Positions 26,062 through 36,218 are shown, numbered from the stretch's first letter. The stretch is DNA of 64,000 bases from a virus (IMGVR_UViG_3300031669_000014:16565-80564); one strand, 5' to 3'. Numbers and translations: made by a program. The notes: a model not told the origin generated them from the sequence alone.

Positions 26062-26505
26062 TTAAATGGATTGTTTTAACTCTTTTTCATATTCATAATA
26101 TTCATATAGATTTCCGTGATAACTTTCTATTAATTTATCTTTGTTTTCTTTTATGGCAAAACAACCAGTAAATACATAGCATTTCTTAAGGGATTCAATA
26201 TCATTGACTGTGACACCAACTATTTTCTTGTCCAATATCTTTTCTGCTTGATCGCTCCCACCATGCCACCATTGACCATTACAGTGAATTATTTTGCCAT
26301 TTTCTAGTGATATATCGAATTCGCGTCCAGCAAAGGCTTTGAATCTACCCCAAGGTGCTTCATAATATAAACAATCCACAAATGTTTCTGATTCATCTAT
26401 GCCAATTATAATGTTGTCATATTTTTTGTATTTAAATTTAATTTCATTTTTCATAACCAAAGCAACACCGCTATTAAATTTTACCAATGCCATTAATTCG
26501 TTCAT
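26062..26505 (-). CDS. Hypothetical protein (AT-rich)
   Basis: 147-aa ORF with RBS. Confidence 0.65.
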   Translation of the reverse strand: MNELMALVKFNSGVALVMKNEIKFKYKKYDNIIIGIDESETFVDCLYYEAPWGRFKAFAGREFDISLENGKIIHCNGQWWHGGSDQAEKILDKKIVGVTVNDIESLKKCYVFTGCFAIKENKDKLIESYHGNLYEYYEYEKELKQSI

Positions 26506-26508
26506 AAC

Positions 26509-26877
26509 TCATTCCCCCTCAGGCCAGAATATCTCCATAAACAATTCCCCGCTACACCTCACATTAAAACACGCCTTTCCGCGTACTTTCAGCATCGAAG
26601 GGCTGTCCAATACGCTGCGCTTGATCTCCGTGGTTACATTAGCCGGGAACAGTGTTACGACCTCCTGTAGCCCTACATAAAAACGGATATATCCATCGTC
26701 GGTAGTCTCGTACTCTTCGCAGATGATCCGGATCATGGCCCCGTGGCGGTAACTGAAAATATGGGGCGGTCCGTACTTTTTGAGGCAGACTTGCAGTTCA
26801 AGGCTCACTTTGAGTCCTCCTTCCGTTGGCGGTATTCGTCCCGATCTAACTTTTCCAGCGCAACCAGTTTCAACCAC
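26509..26877 (-). CDS. Hypothetical protein
   Basis: ORF in operon; true start may be the internal GTG after GGAGGA. Confidence 0.5.
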   Translation of the reverse strand: MVETGCAGKVRSGRIPPTEGGLKVSLELQVCLKKYGPPHIFSYRHGAMIRIICEEYETTDDGYIRFYVGLQEVVTLFPANVTTEIKRSVLDSPSMLKVRGKACFNVRCSGELFMEIFWPEGE

Positions 26878-26966
26878 GTACTAACGGATAGTTTCGATCG
26901 TTTGGCGGCATCCTGTATACGCTTGATTGTTTCATCGTCAAGGTAGGTTTCTAGGCGCTTTGACAC

Positions 26967-27356
26967 TTACAGCGCCTCCTTTACTGCCGCGAATAGGGCG
27001 TCGATTAACTCTGGTTTACCGTTTGTGCCTATGTTTAAAACACTGACATAATAATTATTGATGAAAAAATCGTACTCTATTTTCTGTAATTTATGACCTA
27101 GCAGTTCAATGCACTGGCCGATGGAGAGAAGGGGGAGGCACAAATTTATTGGGATTAAGTCTGTTTCGTTGCCAAAATTGGCAAACGGGAAAAACTGACA
27201 GGCAAAACCATTGCAAGGTCTTCCTATAAACCTAATACGGTCATCTTTTCCGCTTATAATGCAATCACCTTCCTGTGGCCTCCACCACTCCCGAAGCTTC
27301 TCCTTCTTCTCCGGGGTCAGTTCGTTCAGTTGCTCAACGGTTATTCTTTGTTTCAT
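26967..27356 (-). CDS. Hypothetical phage protein
   Basis: GGAGGTG RBS; PLLSIGQCIELL...ELIDALF motif. Confidence 0.7.
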   Translation of the reverse strand: MKQRITVEQLNELTPEKKEKLREWWRPQEGDCIISGKDDRIRFIGRPCNGFACQFFPFANFGNETDLIPINLCLPLLSIGQCIELLGHKLQKIEYDFFINNYYVSVLNIGTNGKPELIDALFAAVKEAL

Positions 27357-27374
27357 TTAAACACCTCCATCCAT

Positions 27375-27404
27375 ATTATACCCCCACTATACACCCATTG
27401 TCAA
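27375..27404 (-). promoter_or_regulatory. sigmaA promoter for the accessory operon
   Basis: TTGACA-18 nt-TATAAT. Confidence 0.7.
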
Positions 27405-27451
27405 GTCAAGTCTACGCGGAATATACACGGAAGTAATTCCGCATAAAACAG

Positions 27452-27478
27452 AAAAACCCCCGACCGAAGCCGGGGGTA
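27452..27478 (-). terminator. Terminator after the lysis module
   Basis: ACCCCCGG...CGGGGG-TTTTT on the minus strand. Confidence 0.75.
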
Positions 27479-27492
27479 GGGGATGGATCATA

Positions 27493-27747
27493 TTAACTTA
27501 TAGTAAACGGTGGTTGCGGTAAAGGGGTCCCGCTGGTCTGTTGTTGCCATTGAATATCCTTGGGATACTGGACGCCATGAGGGAAAGGGGGATTTTGGCG
27601 GTTCCCAACTTGATAATGTTTGCATTTTAATTCAACGCTGAACATCGTTTCGGTTTTCGGAAGTTGTACTGGGAGATGTCGGTCGAGTTCGGCGTATTCC
27701 TGTTTGTGACCGCAAACCTGATTATGTGTGCATGAATCGCATTTCAT
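27493..27747 (-). CDS. Small Cys-rich protein
   Basis: MKCDSCTH..VC; AAAGGA RBS. Confidence 0.5.
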   Translation of the reverse strand: MKCDSCTHNQVCGHKQEYAELDRHLPVQLPKTETMFSVELKCKHYQVGNRQNPPFPHGVQYPKDIQWQQQTSGTPLPQPPFTIS

Positions 27748-27752
27748 ATTTA

Positions 27753-27992
27753 TCATCCTTTCTTTACTAGACTGTATGCCACTTGCATAAACAGGCCCGT
27801 CACAACTCCAAATCCGTACTGGATATACTCTCTCGCCTCTACTCCGAAGTCCGCCGGCAGCACACCAGCGGCCTTTCCAGCGATTAGGCCGGTTACGATC
27901 ACAGCAAGCCAAACGGGTACCCACCAGGGAGCTGTGCCTAGTTGTGGGGTTGGTTGGGGATCGGTGGTAACCGGGGTTTGTTCGTCTCCCAT
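27753..27992 (-). CDS. Putative holin
   Basis: 79 aa, two TM helices, next to the amidase. Confidence 0.55.
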   Translation of the reverse strand: MGDEQTPVTTDPQPTPQLGTAPWWVPVWLAVIVTGLIAGKAAGVLPADFGVEAREYIQYGFGVVTGLFMQVAYSLVKKG

Positions 27993-28227
27993 AGGTAATT
28001 CCTCCTTTAGATAATATTTTAGATATTCAAGTTTTAGACGGTTGTCGGGGACGCATCAGGCATCAGCCTTTCTTTGCTTGTTGTGATTTGGGCGGTTCTA
28101 TCATCGTAATTTGTTCCGCATCTAGGGCAATCCCAGATGTATAAATTGCTGCGGGGAATAACTGTAGCCTCCATTCCTGTGTTGCACTCAGGACACTGCA
28201 AATAGAGCACCCCCTTTTTCGTGGTTA

Positions 28228-28920
28228 TCAGCCTTTCATCTTGTCGTACTCGTACAGCACCCGGATAAGCGCATAAAAATCCTCGCTTCGATTCTCCGGA
28301 GAAACAACAAGACTATGCGCCACAGCCCACATTAGCGCCTCTTTGGCCCAATCAGGAACCACAGTAGCCACCTCACCTTTCCACGCGCATCCCAGTGCCC
28401 GGGCGATACCCTTGGCGTAGGCGCCGGCCAGACCATCAAGAAAAACTTCGTTTTTTAACTTCGCAGCGTCGAATTGGTTAGAAATGAATAGGTTCTCAAA
28501 CAACATCGCTGGCATTAACGTATCCCGGAGAACAGCAAAATTAGCCGTCTTTTTGCCACGGTCCACGAAGCCATACTGCCGGTAAAAGTTAGCTACTTCA
28601 GTGTGTACGTAGAAGCGAAGATTATCGGCTTTCTGGCTACCTGGGTAAGTGAAACTCTCAAAACCGGTGGCGGACGCGTTTACTGCGCTATTGACGTGGA
28701 TGCTCAAAAAGAAATCAGCCTCCGGGTAAACGTTGGCCGCGATGCAAATATCAGCCAGTTTGTTTTCATGCACCGTCACGTTATCAATCCCATATAGCGG
28801 CAATTTAGCGGCAATCTTGCTGCATATGTTTACGTCAATGTCGGCCTCGTGGATACCGTTTCCGACGGCGCCAGGATCAAGATTGTCAAAGTGCCCAGGA
28901 TTTTGAATTACAAGTGCCAT
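28228..28920 (-). CDS. N-acetylmuramoyl-L-alanine amidase (Amidase_3 endolysin)
   Basis: PGH..DPGA, E, FLSIHVNS, NFAVLR and ENLFISN; SLH-like PDWAKEAL tail. Confidence 0.93.
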   Translation of the reverse strand: MALVIQNPGHFDNLDPGAVGNGIHEADIDVNICSKIAAKLPLYGIDNVTVHENKLADICIAANVYPEADFFLSIHVNSAVNASATGFESFTYPGSQKADNLRFYVHTEVANFYRQYGFVDRGKKTANFAVLRDTLMPAMLFENLFISNQFDAAKLKNEVFLDGLAGAYAKGIARALGCAWKGEVATVVPDWAKEALMWAVAHSLVVSPENRSEDFYALIRVLYEYDKMKG

Positions 28921-28930
28921 AAATATCCCC

Positions 28931-29206
28931 CTATTTTATTATTACTAAAGCCATTACCGCTGCGACAATAGCCGCTACAACCCCGGCGATTGATGTGTTA
29001 ACCACGATATCCCAACGCTTACGTGGGGTTTCGGTTATCTTGTCAATTTTCTTTTTCACATCATCCAGGGTTATCTTGATATACTGTAATGTCACTTCCG
29101 TTCGTCCAGCATTGACATCTTGGGCGCCCTGGTCCTTCTGTAATTTGTTGATGTCTCTCTCAGCAGAATCCATCCGCTTTTCGAGCTTACAGTTAATACA
29201 GTCCAT
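28931..29206 (-). CDS. XhlA-like/holin-like protein
   Basis: Coiled coil plus C-terminal TM, upstream of the amidase. Confidence 0.6.
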   Translation of the reverse strand: MDCINCKLEKRMDSAERDINKLQKDQGAQDVNAGRTEVTLQYIKITLDDVKKKIDKITETPRKRWDIVVNTSIAGVVAAIVAAVMALVIIK

Positions 29207-29276
29207 TATGGGGCCTCCTACTCCTTTGGGGGTTTTATGGGTTTTTTTGGTTTCGGTGGTTTGGGATACTTTTGCA

Positions 29277-29546
29277 TTATTCATTACCTCCACTCTGATT
29301 ATTGTTTACGTTTTGATTATTGCTTTGTGTTTGGGTTACTGCGGGTGGTTCTGGATACTGGTAATCAGTCCTAAAATACAACCATGCGGTACCCATGATG
29401 GTAAACGAAAAGGCCAGCATTGCCACTATGAAAGCGGTTACTAGCCTTTTGTTTATCTCATCAGTCTTGGTTATGATCCGGTCGAATAGCCGGATATTTT
29501 CTACTAACAGCGCGGAGATTTCTTTTTGCTCCGTCGTCTTGTCCAC
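29277..29546 (-). CDS. Single-TM protein in the lysis module
   Basis: Central hydrophobic helix. Confidence 0.55.
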   Translation of the reverse strand: MDKTTEQKEISALLVENIRLFDRIITKTDEINKRLVTAFIVAMLAFSFTIMGTAWLYFRTDYQYPEPPAVTQTQSNNQNVNNNQSGGNE

Positions 29547-29618
29547 CCCCTGGTGAAATTTTACAAAAAGGAAATGCCTGACATGGACGCCTCCCGGTAA
29601 AGATGGTACTATTTAGGA

Positions 29619-29685
29619 GTAGGCAACAGAGGTTTCAGCTCTGTTAAAACCCGCCGGGGCCACCCCCTGGGCGGGGCCTACACCA
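29619..29685 (+). ncRNA. 67-nt three-way-junction RNA ending in ACCA
   Basis: TGGACG-17-TACTAT promoter at 29584-29612; GTAGGC/GCCTAC closing stem; two hairpins; downstream hairpin at 29691-29718. Confidence 0.55.
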
Positions 29686-29765
29686 ACTAAGAAGGGGAGG
29701 GAATTAAACCTCCCCTCTTGCATTGAATAAGGTACTCGGCGTATAATCTCCAATAAAGGAGGTAG

Positions 29766-29996
29766 TTGAGAATGAAGGATTATCTATATCCGCTGTGGCC
29801 CCTTTTTGTCTTAGCTTTCTTGGTTTATGGTTTTGAAATGGGTTTTGTTGTTATAAACCGCATTAAAGAAAAAGCGGGACAACTATTAGAAAGAAGGTGG
29901 ATTGGTTCTATAATCGCTTTAGTTTTTATGCTAGTCCTTTTTGCACTAATGGGGCACTTTAACGGGCCATATGTGGATAATCTTTGGGGTTTCTAG
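29766..29996 (+). CDS. Two-TM membrane protein (moron)
   Basis: TTGCAT-18-TATAAT promoter and AAAGGAGG RBS; opposite strand to the late operon. Confidence 0.7.
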   Translation: MRMKDYLYPLWPLFVLAFLVYGFEMGFVVINRIKEKAGQLLERRWIGSIIALVFMLVLFALMGHFNGPYVDNLWGF

Positions 29997-32900
29997 CTAC
30001 TTTCTTACTGCTATCCCTCCGCCTTTCTTGTAAACCCGTTCACCCCGGGCCTTCAATATCTGCGTTTTAGCCGCTTCATTGGCGTCGGACATAACATCTT
30101 TCATCCGCTTAGCCGCCTCTGCCGGTTTCATGTTTTCCGACATCCTCGCGAATCCTTTCTGCGTTAATTCCCCTACAAGACGTTGATAATCTGCATATTC
30201 CTGCCCGGTCAAAACAAACGACTTGCCGCTTACGGTGATCTTCTTCGGCATCACCCGGGGGATTTGACTTGTCTCCCCGGTCTGCTCGTAAATCTTGTTG
30301 ACCATGCCCACCTCGCGGGATGGATTGTACTGGTTTGTAAATGCCGGGTTCAAGAATACATTAAACGGGCCATTACTTCCCCCTTGGTAAGTTTCTAGCG
30401 GCTGCCCCAAGGTACCGTATTTCACCGGGAGGTTACCAGCTAACCCAGGTATTTTGTTCCCTACCCTGTTAAGCGCTTCCTGGGTTTTATTCGGGTCGTA
30501 AGTCTCTCTCCGCTGGTTGTCGGATAGTTGCTTAACCTGATTCAATAGTGTTGGGATAAACGAGGCCGGGACGCCCTCCAGGACCTTAATCAAACCCTGT
30601 TCAGCGTTACCGTAGCCGCCGCCAAAAAGGGTTTGGATACCCTGCACTACCGGCTGGTCTGCAAAGGCGTTTATACCCGTTCCCAGGGCTTGCAGGATGG
30701 TTCCGGCAAGTCCAGCCGCGCTTCCTTTATTGGCGTCCACGTCTGCGCCGATAGCCAAGGGGATCGCCTGGGGTTGGAACCAATCGAAACTGACGATAGT
30801 ATCGCCCTTTTGAGTTTTCGTGTCGCCGCCGAACACCAGACGCTTTAAGGCCGAGGCATTAAGGCGGTATTCGCCAAATCCTTGTTCCCTATTTAGTTCG
30901 GCCAAGTCACGATCCTCTGGCGGTCTGCCAGTAATGATTCCTAATTTATGCAGGAGCGCACCGGTACCGAATAAAGCGGTAGACCCGACGAGCGCCCGGG
31001 AGAACGATTCAACAAAAGCCTTCTGGTTAAACTGCTGTTTGACAAGTGGTCTTGCTGCTTCCAGGATGGTCTTGACAAATCCAGCCGGGGAATAATCAAT
31101 CCCACGCATCAAAAGGTTGGCCGGGGTACGAGGATATTTGACAATAAAATCACCTGCGCCAAATTCCTTGCTACCGGTTACTTTGTTTAGTAACTGTTTT
31201 ATCCCTACGAACAATTTGCTTAAACCGTTATCGTCCTGGAATGTTTTATACAATCCGTCCAGGTGGGCGACATTTCTCATTTCCTCGGTTGGCGCGTTTA
31301 CCTTCGCCGCCCTCATCTGATTAAGCAGACTTTCCTCATAGGCCCCCTGATAGAACGCCCGGTCTGATGCTCTCAATTCGATATTGAGTGCCTTTTCCGC
31401 AAACCCTAACGGGCCCTTGCGGAATGTCCTGCCCAGTGGAATATCAAACTTTCCAGTTAAGCCGGAAGTGTCAACCCCTAAAAGGGCGTCCTCCAGGCCG
31501 TGCTTCCACCCCTGCTTGAATCCCTTCGCCTGTGCGCCAAGGCTCGGCAATACTTTTGTACGCTGGCCGGTCGCCAGTGATAGTGCCTTATCAACGCCAG
31601 CACCGACAACGCCACTGACATTTTCCATACCGGCAAATCCAAAGTTACCAACTATATTCCGGATTGCCGTCTTGGGGTTCAAAAGCTGGGCCATAGTCTG
31701 GATTGAGGCCACCTTACGCAGGAATGGAACGGGAACCTGTGCTGCAATAAGATCAAGGGTCTTGGCTATGGCAATGTCTTTGTCCCTACCATCGGACATA
31801 CTGCCAATCTGTTCCATACGGGTTTTGATGTCACCCATGATTTCAGGTTTAACCTGAATTTTTTGGGTTAACTTACCGGAAGTATTTTCAAGATCGCGAT
31901 TGATGCTACTTATCGTTTTGACGTAATGCTTCTGCATTCCCTCCGGGGTCATCTTCCCCCAAAGGCGTAAAGACTGAATGGCCTGGCCTTGAGTAGTAGC
32001 CGTCTGTGATATGTTCTGAATTAAATCTGTGGCGTCCTCAAAACGTCCTTCCGCGTTTGCCTTCTGAACAAGTTTCAGAGCAACGGTGTTTGATAGGTCG
32101 GTACCAGGGTTCTCCCGGACGAACCTTTCAGCTTGGCGCACATCGGTATTGATGATTCTGTCTGCCAATTGAATGGTTCTTTCATTGCTATGAACATCGT
32201 AAGCGCCTTGCCCCCCGGGAACCATTTCATTGATTAAACCGCGCTGTACTTCCGGGGGCGTACCCTCGGCCTTTGCCGCACTTACCCCAAGACTACGGAC
32301 ACGCTGACCATTTGCCAGGGGCTCCATTTTCTCAGGAATGCGGCGTATAGGACTAATGCCCTGCGGCAATATCCCTCGCCCACCAACCCCAGTTATTGCA
32401 TTATCTGCAACAACTGACGGTACCGCACCCTCCGGGGGCGTCCCGCCAAGTATGCGCTCACGGCCAGGTCCGACAAGTTTGGTAGGTTCCGGTATCGCCC
32501 CCGCTGCCTGCCCTAATCTGCTAAACTGTGCCTCATTTGCCGCCTGTTGACGTAATCCCGGCCTACCTTGTATTGCCTCGACATCGTTCATGAGCTTAGG
32601 TAAGTCAATACCAGTGTTGGCCTTGATATCAGCCAAAGCCGCCTCAACCGTTGTCCCCGGGGGGTACGCCGCAAGTACATCATTGTGCTTGACGAAATTC
32701 TGCGCTGTCTGGATTCCCTCGTTAAGGCGATCCATTGCCGCCTTTTCGGTACCCGGGAGACGAAGAGAAGTAAACGGCTTTTGCGGCGCTGTATCTACCC
32801 CAGGAGAAACTTCCGGTATTGGCAGGGTAGATTCTGCCCCCGGTACCCCTCCCGGCCTCCTGAGCGATTCCAGCGCCTTCCCGCCGCCATGCAACAACAT

Positions 32901-33671
32901 ACCCAGCAGCGCATTAGATGCCGCCGCAGTTCCAGCCTCGCCGAGGTTAAACGGACGGTCATTTGCCAGCGCCCGGGTTGCCTCATAGGGTAACGTGGTC
33001 ATACCGACCTTTAGTCCGGTCTGTGCTATCTGCGGAAGTACGTTAAGTTTGGGGATAAGCGGCAAGGCGCCGCTAATGGCATGTTCCGTGCCACCCCATA
33101 GCTTCGCTCCTGCGCTGGCAGGATTACCGGCAAATCCCATGATATTACCAGCAAAGTCAGCCGTGATATCACCGAATTTACTTCCGGTTGTCACCTTGTC
33201 GGGTCGGTCCATCATGCCCATTACTTCTGACCCGGCCTGACCTGCACGATTAAACCACGAACCTTGCGGTTGCGGGGTTCCCGGTTTCGGGTATAGCTGG
33301 GGATACAACTCCTGCCTAATTGGCTCGTATTGTGCGTTTGATTTTTGATTGAAGTACCGGATCTCATTCATCGGGTTTTTGACAAAATTAGCAATCTGCT
33401 TAAAAAATGGCCGACTTGGTTCCGGTTGCGCCTGTGCCGGTGGGGCTACCGGTGCATCAATAAATAACTCGCTGGCTAGGCGCTTTATCTCTGGTGATCC
33501 TTCGCCCGGGATATCGGAACCGGGTGCGGGTGTAGGCTTTGGCGGTGGGGGCGTATACCCAATGGTATCCAGCTGCCTCCTCCAGTTGTCGTCAAGTTTA
33601 TCATAGTTGATGGTTCCGTTATTAACGTCATCTGCCAACACCTGTAAAGCAAACCTGGGAATGTAAGCCAC
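29997..33671 (-). CDS. Large internal virion/ejection protein
   Basis: ~1220 aa at the end of a podovirus-type virion module; GTG start overlaps the upstream stop. Confidence 0.7.
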   Translation of the reverse strand: MAYIPRFALQVLADDVNNGTINYDKLDDNWRRQLDTIGYTPPPPKPTPAPGSDIPGEGSPEIKRLASELFIDAPVAPPAQAQPEPSRPFFKQIANFVKNPMNEIRYFNQKSNAQYEPIRQELYPQLYPKPGTPQPQGSWFNRAGQAGSEVMGMMDRPDKVTTGSKFGDITADFAGNIMGFAGNPASAGAKLWGGTEHAISGALPLIPKLNVLPQIAQTGLKVGMTTLPYEATRALANDRPFNLGEAGTAAASNALLGMLLHGGGKALESLRRPGGVPGAESTLPIPEVSPGVDTAPQKPFTSLRLPGTEKAAMDRLNEGIQTAQNFVKHNDVLAAYPPGTTVEAALADIKANTGIDLPKLMNDVEAIQGRPGLRQQAANEAQFSRLGQAAGAIPEPTKLVGPGRERILGGTPPEGAVPSVVADNAITGVGGRGILPQGISPIRRIPEKMEPLANGQRVRSLGVSAAKAEGTPPEVQRGLINEMVPGGQGAYDVHSNERTIQLADRIINTDVRQAERFVRENPGTDLSNTVALKLVQKANAEGRFEDATDLIQNISQTATTQGQAIQSLRLWGKMTPEGMQKHYVKTISSINRDLENTSGKLTQKIQVKPEIMGDIKTRMEQIGSMSDGRDKDIAIAKTLDLIAAQVPVPFLRKVASIQTMAQLLNPKTAIRNIVGNFGFAGMENVSGVVGAGVDKALSLATGQRTKVLPSLGAQAKGFKQGWKHGLEDALLGVDTSGLTGKFDIPLGRTFRKGPLGFAEKALNIELRASDRAFYQGAYEESLLNQMRAAKVNAPTEEMRNVAHLDGLYKTFQDDNGLSKLFVGIKQLLNKVTGSKEFGAGDFIVKYPRTPANLLMRGIDYSPAGFVKTILEAARPLVKQQFNQKAFVESFSRALVGSTALFGTGALLHKLGIITGRPPEDRDLAELNREQGFGEYRLNASALKRLVFGGDTKTQKGDTIVSFDWFQPQAIPLAIGADVDANKGSAAGLAGTILQALGTGINAFADQPVVQGIQTLFGGGYGNAEQGLIKVLEGVPASFIPTLLNQVKQLSDNQRRETYDPNKTQEALNRVGNKIPGLAGNLPVKYGTLGQPLETYQGGSNGPFNVFLNPAFTNQYNPSREVGMVNKIYEQTGETSQIPRVMPKKITVSGKSFVLTGQEYADYQRLVGELTQKGFARMSENMKPAEAAKRMKDVMSDANEAAKTQILKARGERVYKKGGGIAVRK

Positions 33672-34049
33672 TAGTATCCACCCCTGCTTTCCCACCCCTG
33701 CAATGCGTTCTGTGGGGTTCCATATCGCTTCTTAATATAGCCAATGGAAGATATGATGTTGTCCACCGGGTTGTAAATGTCACCGTGCCCCTCCACGGCG
33801 TTCTCCTGGAAGGTAGATGGAAGCATTTGTAAAATTCCCGTAGCGTGTTCACCGCCAACCGACACGGGATTAACGATCCCCGGGCGAAGGCTGGATTCCT
33901 TCTCAGCAAGCGTCCTCAATGCAGGAGCCCAGTCTGCCCCCACCCCCGTAGCGTTAATGGCCTGGCTTATCCAATCATCAACACCGCCAGGGGCAGAGGC
34001 TACTGAGGGTTTCCAGTGGGGAGGCCGTAGCGCTCCTGTGTTAGTTGTT
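33671..34049 (-). CDS. Lytic transglycosylase (SLT) domain, probably a frameshift extension of 34000-35673
   Basis: EKESS catalytic Glu, ATGILQM, NPVDNI..YIK.RYG; frame open upstream of the annotated GTG. Confidence 0.8.
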
Positions 34050-35673
34050 TAATATAGGCATCATAAACCCAATTTGTTAGACTTGGGTCATTTAATACCC
34101 GCTCGTCTTTGTTGGTTAAATCCCTGGCCTTCGCGGCAATATTAGCCTGGTCGGATTGATCGTTTCGCCCAATTTGATAATCTTGATATTGGGTTATGCC
34201 ACCGCTACTACCAGTATTCGGGTTATAGTAAGGTTTGTTAATTTCATATTCTTGCTTTTGCTTCGCAAGGGCAAGCTCGGCTTCTTTGATCGACTGGTTG
34301 AACGCATCGGACTTGGTTTTAGCCGCCGTTTCTTCCCGCTGTAAGCCAAGTTGATCATTCTGTAAGCCAAGAGTTTGATTAAACTGACTAGTCTGCCTTG
34401 CCTGATCCTGCCACCAGCGAGTCCATTCATCCTGGCTTTGGGTTGCCTGGCTCAAGAGGTTTGTTTTTTGACCAGCTGCCCACTGATTTGTCTGCATTTG
34501 GTTCTGTGTTAAGTTGCCCATAAGATTTGCACGCTGGCCGGTCATGCTCATTAATGCACTGTTTAGTTGATCTTGGAGTTGCGACATCCTTCCCGCTAGA
34601 AGTTTTTCCTCTGCGCTCATTTGGCCTGTCAAGAGTCGATTTTCCTCTTCAAGCCATATACCACTTTGGAGAAGGCCGCGCCTATTCATTTCCTCGTTTA
34701 GTTGCTGTTTACGGCGATCGATCTCTGTTCGCATTTCTTTTAATGAAGCCAATGTTGCCGGGTCAAGTTCGGAACCTTGTGCTTGAATTTGATCAATTGT
34801 TTTGGTATACATGCTGTCAAATTGCTCTATAGCTTTTTGCGCTAAAACCATGTTTTGATTAGACATCTGATCAATCATAGAAGTCATTTGCTGCATGTTA
34901 CTTAAAAAGTCAGGCATTTGCGGTGGTTGTAATATTTCCGGTTGTGGTGGTATTACGGGTTGTTCAACCGGAGCCCTCATGCCAACAAACTGATCTAGTC
35001 CTGTCTGGAAACCTTTGGATGGATCGCTGCCCCACAGGCTTTGATCGATCTGCGATATATCACCGCCACCCTGTACGTAACCTGCCCTTACATTGCTTGC
35101 ATTTTCATTTAAAAATTGCTGTTGGTCAGGAGTAGCAGGCGCATATTTACTTCCTTGGCTTCCAAGATATTCATTTATAGAAGCCGGATCATTTCTGATC
35201 ATCCCTGGAATAGCTGGTGATTCAATTGGATTTGTTTTAATGTACCCAGCCTGAACATTAATCCCCGGCGATTGAGATAGAGTTGCCGCTGGTTGCGCTG
35301 CTTGACTGACGGGTGCCTGTGCAAAATACGCCGGGTTGTCACGCTTAAAGTCCTGTGCCGCCTGGTAGTTATCATAGGCCGACGAAGGAGTCCCAGCGGC
35401 CTCTCTCTGCGATATAGCCGCAGCGTAAGCCTGTGGCCCCATATCACTGACATACTGCGAATAAGCTGGGTTTGACGATGCCTTGGTATTACTACCGGGG
35501 ATGCTGCCTGAATATACCGGATTTGACGCAGCCTTGCTAGTTGTCGCTTTCGCAGCGGGTTGACTATACGCCGGATTACTAGCCGCTTTTGGTGCGGCTG
35601 GCGTTGCCGGTTTGGACGGAGTAAACTCGCCGTAATTATTCCAGGTTCCTTGTTGTCCCTTGTAGGTTCCCAT
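34000..35673 (-). CDS. Gln/Ala-rich internal virion protein
   Basis: RRGLLQSG coiled-coil motif; position in the module. Confidence 0.65.
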   Translation of the reverse strand: MGTYKGQQGTWNNYGEFTPSKPATPAAPKAASNPAYSQPAAKATTSKAASNPVYSGSIPGSNTKASSNPAYSQYVSDMGPQAYAAAISQREAAGTPSSAYDNYQAAQDFKRDNPAYFAQAPVSQAAQPAATLSQSPGINVQAGYIKTNPIESPAIPGMIRNDPASINEYLGSQGSKYAPATPDQQQFLNENASNVRAGYVQGGGDISQIDQSLWGSDPSKGFQTGLDQFVGMRAPVEQPVIPPQPEILQPPQMPDFLSNMQQMTSMIDQMSNQNMVLAQKAIEQFDSMYTKTIDQIQAQGSELDPATLASLKEMRTEIDRRKQQLNEEMNRRGLLQSGIWLEEENRLLTGQMSAEEKLLAGRMSQLQDQLNSALMSMTGQRANLMGNLTQNQMQTNQWAAGQKTNLLSQATQSQDEWTRWWQDQARQTSQFNQTLGLQNDQLGLQREETAAKTKSDAFNQSIKEAELALAKQKQEYEINKPYYNPNTGSSGGITQYQDYQIGRNDQSDQANIAAKARDLTNKDERVLNDPSLTNWVYDAYIKQLTQERYGLPTGNPQ

Positions 35674-35693
35674 TTTTAACTTACCCCCCCCCT

Positions 35694-36218
35694 CTAAGTA
35701 GGCACAAAGATTAATCTTGCCCCCCCGAAGGAGGCCGTTGCTGCCGCGTTAGACGTTTTATACTCACAAAAAAGGCTTGCCGCGGTCGGCATGGTTAACG
35801 CAGAGGAACGGACTGCCGCAAGGCTTGTAGCGCCTGTCCGTGTTATTGCCGATCCGGTTACCTCCGCCGATCCTATCAGGTGTGCTGTCACCGTCTGCGC
35901 TGCGTCCGATATAGCCAAAGACGCCTCAAAATACCATGATCCCCCGGTTGTTGGAAACTTCGCCGGGTCCCATGCGAATATTCCAGAGCATCTTACATAA
36001 CTTGTGCTCGTCGTGGTCGCGTCAGCCGCTGGAATCGCCAGGGGAACATGCCACTCATCAAGGTTTATTTTACTGAGCGGTATGTCATTTGCACTTAAAC
36101 TCAACTGGCTGTAAGTCACATTGGATAGATTGTTGTAAGCATTTTGAATAGTAAAAAAAATCTTCCTTAGTAAATCAGGAATATCCTTGGGTATAATAAG
36201 GTTCATTTTTTTGCTCAT
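35694..36218 (-). CDS. Putative tail component
   Basis: Position; Ala/Ser/Thr-rich. Confidence 0.5.
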   Translation of the reverse strand: MSKKMNLIIPKDIPDLLRKIFFTIQNAYNNLSNVTYSQLSLSANDIPLSKINLDEWHVPLAIPAADATTTSTSYVRCSGIFAWDPAKFPTTGGSWYFEASLAISDAAQTVTAHLIGSAEVTGSAITRTGATSLAAVRSSALTMPTAASLFCEYKTSNAAATASFGGARLIFVPT

